UHGV virus genome: UHGV-0215134
Length of the DNA: 37,333 nt
Source: a virus
Reading direction: 5' to 3' (one strand)
The notes under the pieces were generated by a model. That model was not told the origin of the DNA. It did no database searches and saw only the letters and a program-made list of their open reading frames with translations. Shown in pieces: positions 1 through 8,784 of the stretch. The first letter of the stretch is position 1, and the number at the start of each line of letters is the position of its first letter. The translations under genes and the position numbers were made by a program.

Positions 1-15
1 AAGGGAGTGATAATT

Positions 16-114
16 ATGAATTATGTGTCATGGAGCGAACTGCTTCAGTTTGCAGCCTTTCTGACTACATATACAGCGTTAATTTATACTGTGTTTCATA
101 ATAAAAGGAAATAA
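16..114 (+). CDS. Type I toxin-like small hydrophobic peptide, 32 aa (MNYVSWSELLQFAAFLTTYTALIYTVFHNKRK); not in the ORF track
   Basis: ATG at 16 after SD-like AAGGGAG/GTGA (1-10). One hydrophobic helix plus a basic C-terminus. A convergent consensus promoter (196-224) and hairpin (111-141) overlap its 3' end. Its own promoter is at 37257-37285 across the circular junction. Confidence 0.8.
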   Translation: MNYVSWSELLQFAAFLTTYTALIYTVFHNKRK

Positions 115-189
115 CCGCCATACTCTCACATAGGCGGTTATTTTTATAACTCAGCATTATGGGAGCGACCGTCTATCGGTATGCCCTTT
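100..189 (-). ncRNA. Putative antisense antitoxin RNA of type I TA locus 1 (ends approximate)
   Basis: Minus-strand TTGACA(219-224)-17 bp-TATAAT(196-201). Ends at hairpin ATAACCGCC/GGCGGTTAT (111-141), followed on the minus strand by a U-rich tract. Confidence 0.65.
111..146. terminator. Bidirectional hairpin/terminator of TA locus 1
   Basis: ataaccgcc-N13-ggcggttat with A/T tracts on both sides. Confidence 0.7.
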
Positions 190-195
190 TTTATT

Positions 196-224
196 ATTAT
201 ACAATTTTTCATAAAATATGTCAA
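196..224 (-). promoter_or_regulatory. Consensus sigma-A promoter (antitoxin 1)
   Basis: TTGACA-17-TATAAT, a perfect match on the minus strand. Confidence 0.8.
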
Positions 225-227
225 GCG

Positions 228-2456
228 TTAATTTAAATAAACCGTTCCCGCCGTAGGCTCGGAAAACCTAAGGGTGACGGTGTTTTCATTCGTATACTCT
301 ATATCGCAGAGAACAACCGCCCCGGTATCGTCTATGACTGTAACCGACGGCTTTTTGTTTAAGCTGTGAAGTATCACCCAGACCTTTGCTTGAGTATCTT
401 GCGTATATTCTCCGCTTTTATCCTTTCCTTCCCCGTCATTGTTAATATACGGATAAAACCTAACGGCGCAGTCCTCCGGAAACGAAGCCAGAAAATATTC
501 GCAATCATTAGAAATATATACGCTTTTAAGTATGGTTCCGGAAAAAGCATAATTCCCTATGCTCTTTACACGAGGCGGTATATATACGAAATGAAGTTGA
601 TTTTGCTGTGCAAACGCCCCGTCGTCTACCGATCTGACAGAATCGGCAAGCAATATGGACGAAACGCTTCCCGTGCATACAAATTTCTCCATATAGCAGT
701 CTACCGTCATAGTATAATCACCGATTTCATTGTAGGTATGGCTGTAAGACTTAGCCGGAGAATATTCCTCCGACGTACCGTCTCCCCACTCTACCACGCC
801 TTTGCAAGTACTCTCCGAATCTATTACCGGTATTCCGGCGGCTGCCGTTCCAATATAGCTGACAGTAGTTATACAACTGCTGAAGCTTTCAAATTTCGGC
901 TCGTCAAAGCGCCCACTTACCGCTATATAAGCGTTAGCTCTTGTATAGTCCTCGCTTATACTTTCTCCGTGTCCGTGGCTGCATTGTATGTAAAAATTAA
1001 CAGTATAAGTTTTAATTTCCGAAGTATTGACAGGAAGGGATATATCAAGCGTATGCAGTCCCCTGCAAAGATACTGCTGAACCGCAATTTTAGTGTCGTA
1101 TCCGTTAATAGAATTATTTACAGTCACCGTGCCGGGCTGAATCATATCAATACATATCTGCCCCGTAATTTCTACCGGAGAACCGTATTCCTTAGGTTGA
1201 AAGCTGATACGGCAGAGCCGTTTCTGATGAGTTCCGGCAAAAACCGGAGGAAGTCTGTAAATATACTGATTACGCAGATCGGTATAAATCGGAGTATCTC
1301 CTCCGCTTCCTGACGAGGTAGTATTTTTCCGGGATTTCGCCTGTATCATGCTGGCGTCGCTGGTTATTTTATGGGAGCCTCTGTAAGTCCAGTCGTTTTT
1401 TGTGACTAATATTCGTACACCCTGCCCCGCTACGCCTCCCGTCAAAAGAATATGGTCGCCTGCGTCTATTGTGGGATCACCGAATATTTCCGCTTCCGCT
1501 CCGTAATAAGTCAGCATAAAAAGACGGTCGGCTATTTCCTTTAAATATTCCTCCACAACGTTAATTTCACTAAGCCGCAATATGGGATTATCGTCAATGG
1601 CAAGCGTATTTGCAGACGTGGATTCAGGCGGATATATATGCTTGTATTTGTCGCCTGTAAGTCCGGTCAGCGAAACGGAAACGGCGTCATAAAGTTTTTT
1701 ATTCTTTATGGCTGCGGATTTTCTTTGACTGCCGTTTATTATTCTTGCATAATCCGGATACGCCTCGGAATATCTGCGGTCAAAGTTAATGATTTCAAGC
1801 TCGCCTTTTCTGTTTATGACCGCGCATGCGCATAAAAGCTGCGTTATCATTGTCAGAACGTCGCGAAAAGTTTTAATATCCTTGTTGCACGGGGCGGCTG
1901 TCGCAAAACCCATTGTCCTGCCGCCGTTGCTCATACCGGAAATATTGTATAAGCTTTCCTCCGATACGGCGACGCCGCAGTTATTGCCTATATGCCCGAG
2001 CCACAATGTAACCGGAATGTCAAACACGGAACCGTCCCCGTACGGCGGAATAAAATCCTTGTCAAACTTGACCATATCGTCATAGCATACCAGCTTTGTA
2101 GTGCGGCTATCCGGAACGCTTATTTCGGTAACGTTGAAAACTCCCATGGGAATCTCTTCAAAAGTACCGTCGGAAAGTCTTACGCAGCAAAAGGGGCGAA
2201 TAACCGCCCCCTGATAATTCCCGCTGTCAATATTGTCGTCTAAAAGAGATACGCCGAATTCTCCTATGCATACGGCGCCCAGCTCGAAATCCGAGCCGCT
2301 TACGCACTTGCTTTTTACATAGGCAGTACCGCTTTTTATATTCTCGCTGCCTATTCTCCTTAAGCTTCCGCCGGGAAATGTAACCTGACAGTAAAAATCT
2401 GTAGTTCTGTCGGGACTGTTCAGAATCGCTCTGCATTCGTCGCTTACCTTATACAT
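228..2456 (-). CDS. Tail tip/baseplate hub protein with C-terminal PKD/Ig-like and BspA-type LRR segments
   Basis: 742 aa, after the tape measure and Dit-like genes. Contains VEWGDGT...SHTY..GDYTMTV (PKD-like) and IPPRVKSIGNYAFSGT (BspA/LRR_5-like). Confidence 0.8.
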   Translation of the reverse strand: MYKVSDECRAILNSPDRTTDFYCQVTFPGGSLRRIGSENIKSGTAYVKSKCVSGSDFELGAVCIGEFGVSLLDDNIDSGNYQGAVIRPFCCVRLSDGTFEEIPMGVFNVTEISVPDSRTTKLVCYDDMVKFDKDFIPPYGDGSVFDIPVTLWLGHIGNNCGVAVSEESLYNISGMSNGGRTMGFATAAPCNKDIKTFRDVLTMITQLLCACAVINRKGELEIINFDRRYSEAYPDYARIINGSQRKSAAIKNKKLYDAVSVSLTGLTGDKYKHIYPPESTSANTLAIDDNPILRLSEINVVEEYLKEIADRLFMLTYYGAEAEIFGDPTIDAGDHILLTGGVAGQGVRILVTKNDWTYRGSHKITSDASMIQAKSRKNTTSSGSGGDTPIYTDLRNQYIYRLPPVFAGTHQKRLCRISFQPKEYGSPVEITGQICIDMIQPGTVTVNNSINGYDTKIAVQQYLCRGLHTLDISLPVNTSEIKTYTVNFYIQCSHGHGESISEDYTRANAYIAVSGRFDEPKFESFSSCITTVSYIGTAAAGIPVIDSESTCKGVVEWGDGTSEEYSPAKSYSHTYNEIGDYTMTVDCYMEKFVCTGSVSSILLADSVRSVDDGAFAQQNQLHFVYIPPRVKSIGNYAFSGTILKSVYISNDCEYFLASFPEDCAVRFYPYINNDGEGKDKSGEYTQDTQAKVWVILHSLNKKPSVTVIDDTGAVVLCDIEYTNENTVTLRFSEPTAGTVYLN

Positions 2457-2465
2457 AAAACCTCC

Positions 2466-2828
2466 TTAATATTCGATAAAATTAACGCTGAATTCCCATT
2501 GAGCCGCATTTTCCCCGTCAATATTTGTTATCAGATTAAGCGATCTGTCCCCTGCATACATAGTTACGTTTTCAGCATAATAACCGTTTGCAGGAAAGAA
2601 AAAGGTAACGTTCAACGCCGGCGCTGAAATAGCGGAGGTAAGCGCCAGCAGCTCGTCTGTTGTAACCCTCCATGTCGCGTTTAGTTTTTTAACGCCGCCT
2701 CTTATACGCTCTCTTGACATATACCCCGATTCGCTTCTGCCGCTTTCAGAGCTGTCAAGATCGGAAGCCGTAACAGAATATGATACAGGCGGCGGCGTAT
2801 TATAGCTCCCGATTTTAATTAAATTCAT
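2466..2828 (-). CDS. Distal tail (Dit-like) protein
   Basis: 120 aa directly after the tape measure gene; DLDS.ESGR.ESG.M.R and MYAGDR motifs typical of Clostridia siphovirus distal-tail proteins. Confidence 0.7.
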   Translation of the reverse strand: MNLIKIGSYNTPPPVSYSVTASDLDSSESGRSESGYMSRERIRGGVKKLNATWRVTTDELLALTSAISAPALNVTFFFPANGYYAENVTMYAGDRSLNLITNIDGENAAQWEFSVNFIEY

Positions 2829-2832
2829 CCCA

Positions 2833-5472
2833 TCACCTTCCGTTTGTTATAAATGAGTTTTTATTCATAAGCTGTATGATTACCTCCTCGAGCATACGCC
2901 CGTCAATATTGAACTGCGCGACAAGGTCAAGCTGTCTGAGCAGCTCGTATATTTTCATCAGCAGTTCGTATATACGGTCGTTGCCGTTTCCGCCGCTTTG
3001 GGATATGATCCCTTGCAGCTTTGACAGAGGCGAAATAACCTCCGGATCCGTCCGGGCGTTTTTGTTGTCTCCTACCATTGCAAGCGTCGGCTGATATGCA
3101 AGTCCGCCTTTGGCTAAGCGCGGAATCGATACGGATTCCATTTCACCGAGTAATCCTAGCTCCACGCCAGGTATGCCGTTTATTGCTCCTATTACACTGT
3201 TTATGCCTCTGATAAATCCGTTGATGATTCCAATGAATCCGTTCACTATTCCCTCTATTATTCCAACTACTCCGTTATACATCCCCTTGAATAAATTCAC
3301 TATGGGGTCGATAACCTTTTCTTTCATAAATGTAGCTAAAGTACTTGCTCCGGTTTTTATTCCTGTCCAAAGCCCGCCAAAGAAATTTGCAATCGGATTT
3401 ATTATGTGATCACTAAACCAGTTGGAAACGCTGTTCCACACTGATTTTATTCCGTCCCAGCAAGTTGAAGCCAGATTTTTTATACCGGACCATAGCCCGC
3501 TGAAAAAATCACCCGCTGCATTCCACGCATTTTTTATGTGTTCCCATGCTGCCGCACCGACTTCTTTTATATCCTCCCAATGCTTTACGCATAAGATTAT
3601 AATAGCGATGAGCGCCGCGATTCCTGCGACAACCCATGTTATCGGATTTGCCAGCATTGAAGCGTTCCATGCATTCTGAACTGCTGTCGCGATACCTCCG
3701 GCGGCCGAAAAAGCTTTAACAGCGTTTACTACGGCAATAATTTTAGGGGCTATTGCAAAGGCAATACCGAGAGCGCTTATCATAGTCACAAAAACTTCAA
3801 CAAGCGTCTGGTGTTCTGATATCCAGTCGCTTAATTTAGTCAAGCCGTCAGATATTCCGGTTAAAACGTCTATTATTATACCGCCGGTCCACTCAGCAAT
3901 AGGCCTAAGCAAATTGTCAAAAAGCCACTCCCCCATAGGCTTTAACGCTTCTATAGCGGTATTCAGCACATCAAAAACGCCAGCCAGTATACCAAGAAAA
4001 GCCGGAAGGAGTTCATTTGCTGTCCATGTACCTAACGGCGTGAGAACATTTTGGAAAAACCAAAGAAGTCCTTCGCCTACGTTTAATGCAAACGGGGTTA
4101 ATGAATCCCACAAATCATCTAATGCTCCACTTATTTTATCGTAATCAATACTTTTCACAAGCTTAGTAAGACAATCTATAAAGCCTGGTATTCCTTTTCC
4201 AAGCGTCCATTTACCTGTTGGTTTAAGTACTTTTTGATAAAAGCTTTCTATAGCGCCAAAACTGAAATCTTTAAGAGGATTCAGCGCTTCCTTAAGGCGT
4301 GATAGAGAATTTAATACGGGGTCTAAGGCCGTTTTCATTTTGCTGAATATGTCTCTGAATTTTTTCCCCATATTTTCAGCCATACTGTCAACGGCGCTGT
4401 TCGCCTCGTTGATACCGCTTAAATCAATACTGCCGGAACCAGCTCCGACATCTGAAGCCGTACTGTCTTCGGAATCGCCGAAGCTTAACGTGTTTATCTC
4501 GTCAAAACCGGCTAAAGCTTTTTTGGCTTTCTTAGCCGCCGTTACCGCTTCGTCTCCGGCATCGGCTATTCCCGCGCCCAACGACGCCGCTTCTGTGGTA
4601 CCGCCCGACAACGCCGATTCTATACCGTCCTTATTCATAAGTCCGTTAGTGAAGCTTTTAAACGCGTTAGCCACTGTTTGCAGTTTGCCGAGAAGCATAT
4701 TTAATCCCTTTAAAATGGGAGTAAAAACGTTTATAAAGCCCTGCCCAAGCGTCGCCTTTAAGCTTTCAAACCGTAGGCTTAGTACCCTTGTTTGGTTTGC
4801 CCAACTGTCCTGAGTACGGGCGAAGTCGCCTTGAGCGTCAGACAGCGACGACATGACATATCGGTATCTCAGCATAAGCTTCTCCTGTTCCGTCATGTTC
4901 TTGGTGGTCTTGCCGAAGCCGTTGTTCAAGGCGTAATTATCAAGTGCGGTCTGCGTCATAACGACGCCTAAGTCTTTAAGCGTTTCCGTTTCGCCCGTCC
5001 ATATTGATTTGAGCTTTGTATACGCTTCATCAGCCGAAAGATTGAAAAACGACGCAACGTCTCCGGTAAGCCCTGTAACGGCCGTAGACATTTCGTATGC
5101 GGCCGATTCTGAAAGTCCCATAGCCTTTGACATTGCGCCGAACGTTCCCGCATACTTCTTGGAGGCGGTTTCTGACAGTCCGAACTGGGTTATTGCGGTT
5201 TGAGCGAAGCTGTTAATCCCCGAGCTCATAGACTTAAAGGTTACGTCTACAACGTTTTGTACCTCTTCAAGGTCGGAGCCTAAGGAAAGACAGGATTTCG
5301 TAAATCCTGCGACGGCGGCAGTTCCAAGAGCAGTTCCTATCATCTTTCCGAGAGGCTTAAACGCTGACATAACGCTGCTTTTAGCGCTTCCCGCTATCCT
5401 GCTTAACTGCTTGTTAAACATTCGTTTATTAATGGATAATCCCAGGTCGATAATACCCACATTAGTTCCCAA
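2833..5472 (-). CDS. Tape measure protein
   Basis: 879 aa, Ala/Gly-rich and helical, with periodic Trp/Phe repeats and hydrophobic segments; follows the tail chaperone genes. Confidence 0.92.
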   Translation of the reverse strand: MGTNVGIIDLGLSINKRMFNKQLSRIAGSAKSSVMSAFKPLGKMIGTALGTAAVAGFTKSCLSLGSDLEEVQNVVDVTFKSMSSGINSFAQTAITQFGLSETASKKYAGTFGAMSKAMGLSESAAYEMSTAVTGLTGDVASFFNLSADEAYTKLKSIWTGETETLKDLGVVMTQTALDNYALNNGFGKTTKNMTEQEKLMLRYRYVMSSLSDAQGDFARTQDSWANQTRVLSLRFESLKATLGQGFINVFTPILKGLNMLLGKLQTVANAFKSFTNGLMNKDGIESALSGGTTEAASLGAGIADAGDEAVTAAKKAKKALAGFDEINTLSFGDSEDSTASDVGAGSGSIDLSGINEANSAVDSMAENMGKKFRDIFSKMKTALDPVLNSLSRLKEALNPLKDFSFGAIESFYQKVLKPTGKWTLGKGIPGFIDCLTKLVKSIDYDKISGALDDLWDSLTPFALNVGEGLLWFFQNVLTPLGTWTANELLPAFLGILAGVFDVLNTAIEALKPMGEWLFDNLLRPIAEWTGGIIIDVLTGISDGLTKLSDWISEHQTLVEVFVTMISALGIAFAIAPKIIAVVNAVKAFSAAGGIATAVQNAWNASMLANPITWVVAGIAALIAIIILCVKHWEDIKEVGAAAWEHIKNAWNAAGDFFSGLWSGIKNLASTCWDGIKSVWNSVSNWFSDHIINPIANFFGGLWTGIKTGASTLATFMKEKVIDPIVNLFKGMYNGVVGIIEGIVNGFIGIINGFIRGINSVIGAINGIPGVELGLLGEMESVSIPRLAKGGLAYQPTLAMVGDNKNARTDPEVISPLSKLQGIISQSGGNGNDRIYELLMKIYELLRQLDLVAQFNIDGRMLEEVIIQLMNKNSFITNGR

Positions 5473-5487
5473 TCAGATACCTCCTTT

Positions 5488-5835
5488 CTATTTAGAAAAG
5501 GCCGCTTTTGCCATTTCCTGAAAACTGGCCCAGTACTTAGCATAAGTTCCTTTGTCCATTTTTCTTTGCTTTGATTTTCTCTTTTGCCAATCGGAGCGTA
5601 TTTTCTTTTGCTCCTTATTAAATCCCTTTATAATTTTCGGGTCCTTTTCAGAACGTATTGAAACGATCTGCCCCAGCGGAGTGTCCGGCATGATACCGGA
5701 CAGTAAAGCGCAGAATTCAGGCCAGGACATGTTTCCCTCATTTCTCAGTCGTATGTTATACTGAGCGGCAAACGACGCTTCTATAAGCCCCCAATCGTCA
5801 AATAAGTCGTACCAATATTCTGTTTTATTATTGAA
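5488..5835 (-). CDS. Tail assembly chaperone C-terminal extension (A118 Gp15-like), probably reached by +1 frameshift
   Basis: YDLFDDWGLIEASFAAQYNIRL and W.EF..LLSG..PDTPLG motifs; overlaps the upstream chaperone in the +1 frame; no convincing start/RBS of its own. Confidence 0.75.
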   Translation of the reverse strand, partial: FNNKTEYWYDLFDDWGLIEASFAAQYNIRLRNEGNMSWPEFCALLSGIMPDTPLGQIVSIRSEKDPKIIKGFNKEQKKIRSDWQKRKSKQRKMDKGTYAKYWASFQEMAKAAFSK

Positions 5836-6163
5836 ATCGTTTCTGGCTTTCCTCAAACTCTTCAAGCGTCTGACCGGAGCACGCGGCCATTACGGCGTTG
5901 AATATCGTCTTATACTCCGGCAAAGGAAGATCAAGACTATTAATCTCGTCGACAGTTTTCGAATTTGTAAGCGTTCTCAGAACGGTATCCATGAATTTAA
6001 ACTCATCGGCTTTTTTGCCGCTTTTTTCAGCGTTTTCCGATTCCGCTATCATTGCTTGAACTGTAAGCACATTGCTTTTTCTGTTGTTTACAGAAACAAT
6101 AAGGTTTTCGCTTATCTTAATAACGGGAAGCTCGTTTGTAATTTTTTTTGAAATATCAATCAT
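5828..6163 (-). CDS. Tail assembly chaperone (gpG-like)
   Basis: 111 aa between the major tail protein and Gp15-like ORF; RBS AAAGAGG; ends CGA TTT CAA TAA. Confidence 0.8.
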   Translation of the reverse strand: MIDISKKITNELPVIKISENLIVSVNNRKSNVLTVQAMIAESENAEKSGKKADEFKFMDTVLRTLTNSKTVDEINSLDLPLPEYKTIFNAVMAACSGQTLEEFEESQKRFQ

Positions 6164-6220
6164 TTTTATTTACCTCTTTCTTAAATTTAAGCATGAAAAA
6201 AGCGTTCCTCTACGAAACGC

Positions 6221-6248
6221 TTGACTTTTTATTAAATTGTGGTATAAT
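6221..6248 (+). promoter_or_regulatory. Sigma-A promoter (antitoxin 2)
   Basis: TTGACT-16-TATAAT with extended -10 TG. Confidence 0.7.
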
Positions 6249-6254
6249 AATAAA

Positions 6255-6345
6255 TGAAAAGGGGCGTCTGCGATAAGCGGTTCACCTCCGAATACAGCGT
6301 AAATAATAATCGCCCTATGTAGGAGTGGGGCGGTTATTTTCTTTT
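6255..6345 (+). ncRNA. Putative antisense antitoxin RNA of type I TA locus 2 (ends approximate)
   Basis: Starts after promoter 6221-6248; ends at hairpin aataatcgccc...gggcggttatt plus T-tract (6305-6345) overlapping the toxin stop codon. Confidence 0.65.
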
Positions 6346-6414
6346 ATTATTGTTACCAAGCTTAACTATTTCAATAATTACAAGTAATAAAGTAAGTATT
6401 TCCATTATGCCCAT
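6334..6414 (-). CDS. Type I toxin-like peptide, 26 aa (MGIMEILTLLLVIIEIVKLGNNNKRK); not in the ORF track
   Basis: SD GGAGGTGA (6421-6428), own promoter (6484-6512), hydrophobic helix plus NKRK tail shared with toxin 1. Confidence 0.8.
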   Translation of the reverse strand: MGIMEILTLLLVIIEIVKLGNNNKRK

Positions 6415-6483
6415 AGTAACTCACCTCCAATACTGGAGGAAGAATTGAACCGCCTACCGTTTTATGCAGACACCCGCACGGTT

Positions 6484-6512
6484 ATTATACCACAGGTGTC
6501 TTTTTTTGTCAA
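6484..6512 (-). promoter_or_regulatory. Consensus sigma-A promoter (toxin 2)
   Basis: TTGACA(6507-6512)-17-TATAAT(6484-6489), extended -10. Confidence 0.8.
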
Positions 6513-6513
6513 T

Positions 6514-6996
6514 TTATACCGAAGCCGATCCCTTTATATACTCCGGCTTTCCGTGACTTAAAATTTCAAACTCCATAGCGTCTATTGCCGTACTGTCGCC
6601 GCCGAGAGACGTTACATTAACAACGCACGGAATCCCCAGCTCGTCGCCGTTGGGGAAAATTATATCAAAAAACGAATAACAATCGTTGCCCGTTTTCATA
6701 AATAAGCCGGCTATATAATCGTTCCCCGGGTCGCCGCTGTTTCTTTTCGCGGTCATTGAAATGGTAATGGATTTAGCTGTTACAAGTCTTTTAGTCCAAC
6801 CTTCACCGTCCATCGGATTCCATTCCTCGACTCCTCCGTCAATGCTTATGGAAAGCCCTTCGGCGTCGCTTATGGTTTTAGGGCTTTTAGGCATTGCCTG
6901 ACCGTCCGTGAAATTTAACCCCGCCGTATCTATTCTAAAGGCAATATCATAATTTGCGTGAACTCCGGAGGTATATTTAACTGATTCTCCAGCCAT
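6514..6996 (-). CDS. Major tail (tube) protein
   Basis: Position before the chaperones; IDGGVEEWNPM..EGW.KRL.TAKSITI motif; start MAGESV after AAGGAAGGA. Confidence 0.85.
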   Translation of the reverse strand: MAGESVKYTSGVHANYDIAFRIDTAGLNFTDGQAMPKSPKTISDAEGLSISIDGGVEEWNPMDGEGWTKRLVTAKSITISMTAKRNSGDPGNDYIAGLFMKTGNDCYSFFDIIFPNGDELGIPCVVNVTSLGGDSTAIDAMEFEILSHGKPEYIKGSASV

Positions 6997-7001
6997 ATTA
7001 A

Positions 7002-7409
7002 TCATTCCTTCCTTTCATAATAAAAATCGCATTCAATTACATATTCATATATGCCGTTTTCATCCGTATCAACCGATACAGGCTCATCGAGCAACAGCAT
7101 TACGAACAGTATTCTGCTTCCGTTTATTACCGAATTTCTCGTACTGTAAAGCTCATTCCACAGCCGCTGAGCGGCGCGCTCTGTTTCACGCTGGCTTTTA
7201 TTCCAATGGCAAAGCAGAGAAACGGACCTTACGCCATAGCTGCTGTTTTTCAATCCTCCCGCTGGTATATTCGGCGGACGAGAACGTTTCAGATTATAAA
7301 CTCCTATACTCTTGAAGTTCTTATCCGGCATTTTGCCGCTGTAAACCTTTTCGTCGTCAGTTATTCCCATTGTTCCGATAAAATCGCGTATATCAGACAG
7401 ATAAAGCAT
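7002..7409 (-). CDS. Tail terminator / neck protein
   Basis: 135 aa immediately before the major tail protein; DENGIYEYVIE C-terminal motif of A118-like neck genes. Confidence 0.7.
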   Translation of the reverse strand: MLYLSDIRDFIGTMGITDDEKVYSGKMPDKNFKSIGVYNLKRSRPPNIPAGGLKNSSYGVRSVSLLCHWNKSQRETERAAQRLWNELYSTRNSVINGSRILFVMLLLDEPVSVDTDENGIYEYVIECDFYYERKE

Positions 7410-7410
7410 T

Positions 7411-7836
7411 TCATACCCCCGTTTCCCGTTTATAAAATTGCTTAAACGCTGCCCTGACCTTTAAATTCTTTTTCCCCCCGTCCTTGTAAGGCTCAAACCA
7501 TTTTCCGCCGGCATAGGGATTTTCGCCCTTATCAAAATTATATTCAGGGTGAAAATACAGCCGTCGGGCGTAGGGTCCCTCAACGCAGACGAATACCTTA
7601 CCTATTTTACTTTGTGCCGAATCGATAAAATGCTTTTCGTTCTGTAATGTTCCGGCGGTTGTCTTGCCCGCCGCTTTTTCTTTTTCCGTCGGCACGTCGA
7701 ACGGTATCGTCTGCGATTGCACAACATCGGTGTGGATAAATTCGGCAGTTTTTTCAAGAGCCGTTATCTGCGCGCGTTCAAGCTGTTTAATAGCTGTTTC
7801 ATTCAGCTTTATATTACAGCTTACATTTTTTTGCAT
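7411..7836 (-). CDS. Neck/tail-completion protein (A118 'minor capsid'-like)
   Basis: GTLQ...PYARRLYFHPEYNF...AGGKW motif; position in the head-tail connector cluster. Confidence 0.75.
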   Translation of the reverse strand: MQKNVSCNIKLNETAIKQLERAQITALEKTAEFIHTDVVQSQTIPFDVPTEKEKAAGKTTAGTLQNEKHFIDSAQSKIGKVFVCVEGPYARRLYFHPEYNFDKGENPYAGGKWFEPYKDGGKKNLKVRAAFKQFYKRETGV

Positions 7837-8174
7837 TATATCAGATCCAATCTTGTATAATTTACGGAGCCGTCAGGATTTCTCGCCTTTTGTCCTTTAA
7901 AAATACGCCTTAAACTTCCGTTTACCGTTACCGTACCGCCTGTTATATTCGGTATTTCAGGCGCTATATCGCCGGTGAAAAGAACTGTACCGGAAAGTTG
8001 TATAAGCTTTTTTTCAGCGGTGAGAATTGTTTGGCCGCTATCCTGATAATTGCACATTTCTTTTATAACAACGCTTTTATTCGGCTCTCCGTATTTATTA
8101 AGCCCTTCCTGTTCTATTTCAACGATAACGGGAGTTCTGCACAGTCTTTTCGGCACAAGACACGGATATTTCAA
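7836..8174 (-). CDS. Head-closure/connector protein
   Basis: Likely TTG start at 8174 after GAGGTGA; position between the adaptor and neck genes. Confidence 0.65.
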   Translation of the reverse strand: MKYPCLVPKRLCRTPVIVEIEQEGLNKYGEPNKSVVIKEMCNYQDSGQTILTAEKKLIQLSGTVLFTGDIAPEIPNITGGTVTVNGSLRRIFKGQKARNPDGSVNYTRLDLI

Positions 8175-8179
8175 TTTAA

Positions 8180-8557
8180 TCACCTCATCAATCTGCAGCA
8201 CAGACCTGTCTGGGACAGCAGCGCGTAAACATCGCTCCTTATTGCTACCCCTTTATCCGTGTAAACGTTCCACGAGCTTCCAAACTGAGCCGATACCCCG
8301 TTGATACTATAGCCGGAAAGTATACTACCGATTTCGTCGGCATTTTCATATTCAAAATCCGCTTGCAGACAAACCACTTCGCGGATAATGTTCTGCTGAA
8401 AAGGCGTAAGCTCAGAAAATCCCCGGCCCACTATCCTGTTGTAGGTCAGGGAATCAACGTGTCTTGATGCAAAACCGAGGTATTTATTACGAGATTCTTC
8501 CGGTATTGTCGTACCGCCGTAAACGTCGGCGTAATATGCGCTGTCTGCGTACATCAT
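8180..8557 (-). CDS. Head-tail adaptor protein
   Basis: MYAD..YY...YGG, AS..VD.LT.NRI, L..TGL motifs. Confidence 0.75.
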   Translation of the reverse strand: MMYADSAYYADVYGGTTIPEESRNKYLGFASRHVDSLTYNRIVGRGFSELTPFQQNIIREVVCLQADFEYENADEIGSILSGYSINGVSAQFGSSWNVYTDKGVAIRSDVYALLSQTGLCCRLMR

Positions 8558-8772
8558 TTGTTTTCCTTTTTAGGCGGCTTCGTTTCACGTTCGGTTTTCA
8601 GCTTTTCAAGCTCTGATCTTACCTTTTCATATTCGCTGAACGGTACGCTTTTGCCTTTGCCGTAGGAAACTATATTTCCGTCTTCGTCTTGTATATCAAA
8701 GCCGCGGCTTATGTACGACTGCTTTTCCTGTTCGGTTATATCGTATACCTTGTTTCCTTTTATCGCTTTCAT
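8554..8772 (-). CDS. Small virion-cluster protein after the major capsid gene
   Basis: 72 aa, RBS AAGGAG, coupled to neighbours. Confidence 0.65.
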   Translation of the reverse strand: MKAIKGNKVYDITEQEKQSYISRGFDIQDEDGNIVSYGKGKSVPFSEYEKVRSELEKLKTERETKPPKKENK

Positions 8773-8784
8773 TTTATCATCTCC

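Noticed and set aside
366..1313. 315-aa plus-strand ORF and other plus-strand ORFs across the structural and early modules (e.g. 8689-9417, 4340-4813, 25734-26120)
   Set aside because: Antisense shadows of well-supported minus-strand genes, with no RBS or recognisable motifs.
228..2456. Diversity-generating retroelement target or invertible tail locus
   Set aside because: No reverse transcriptase, template repeat or invertase seen in the window.
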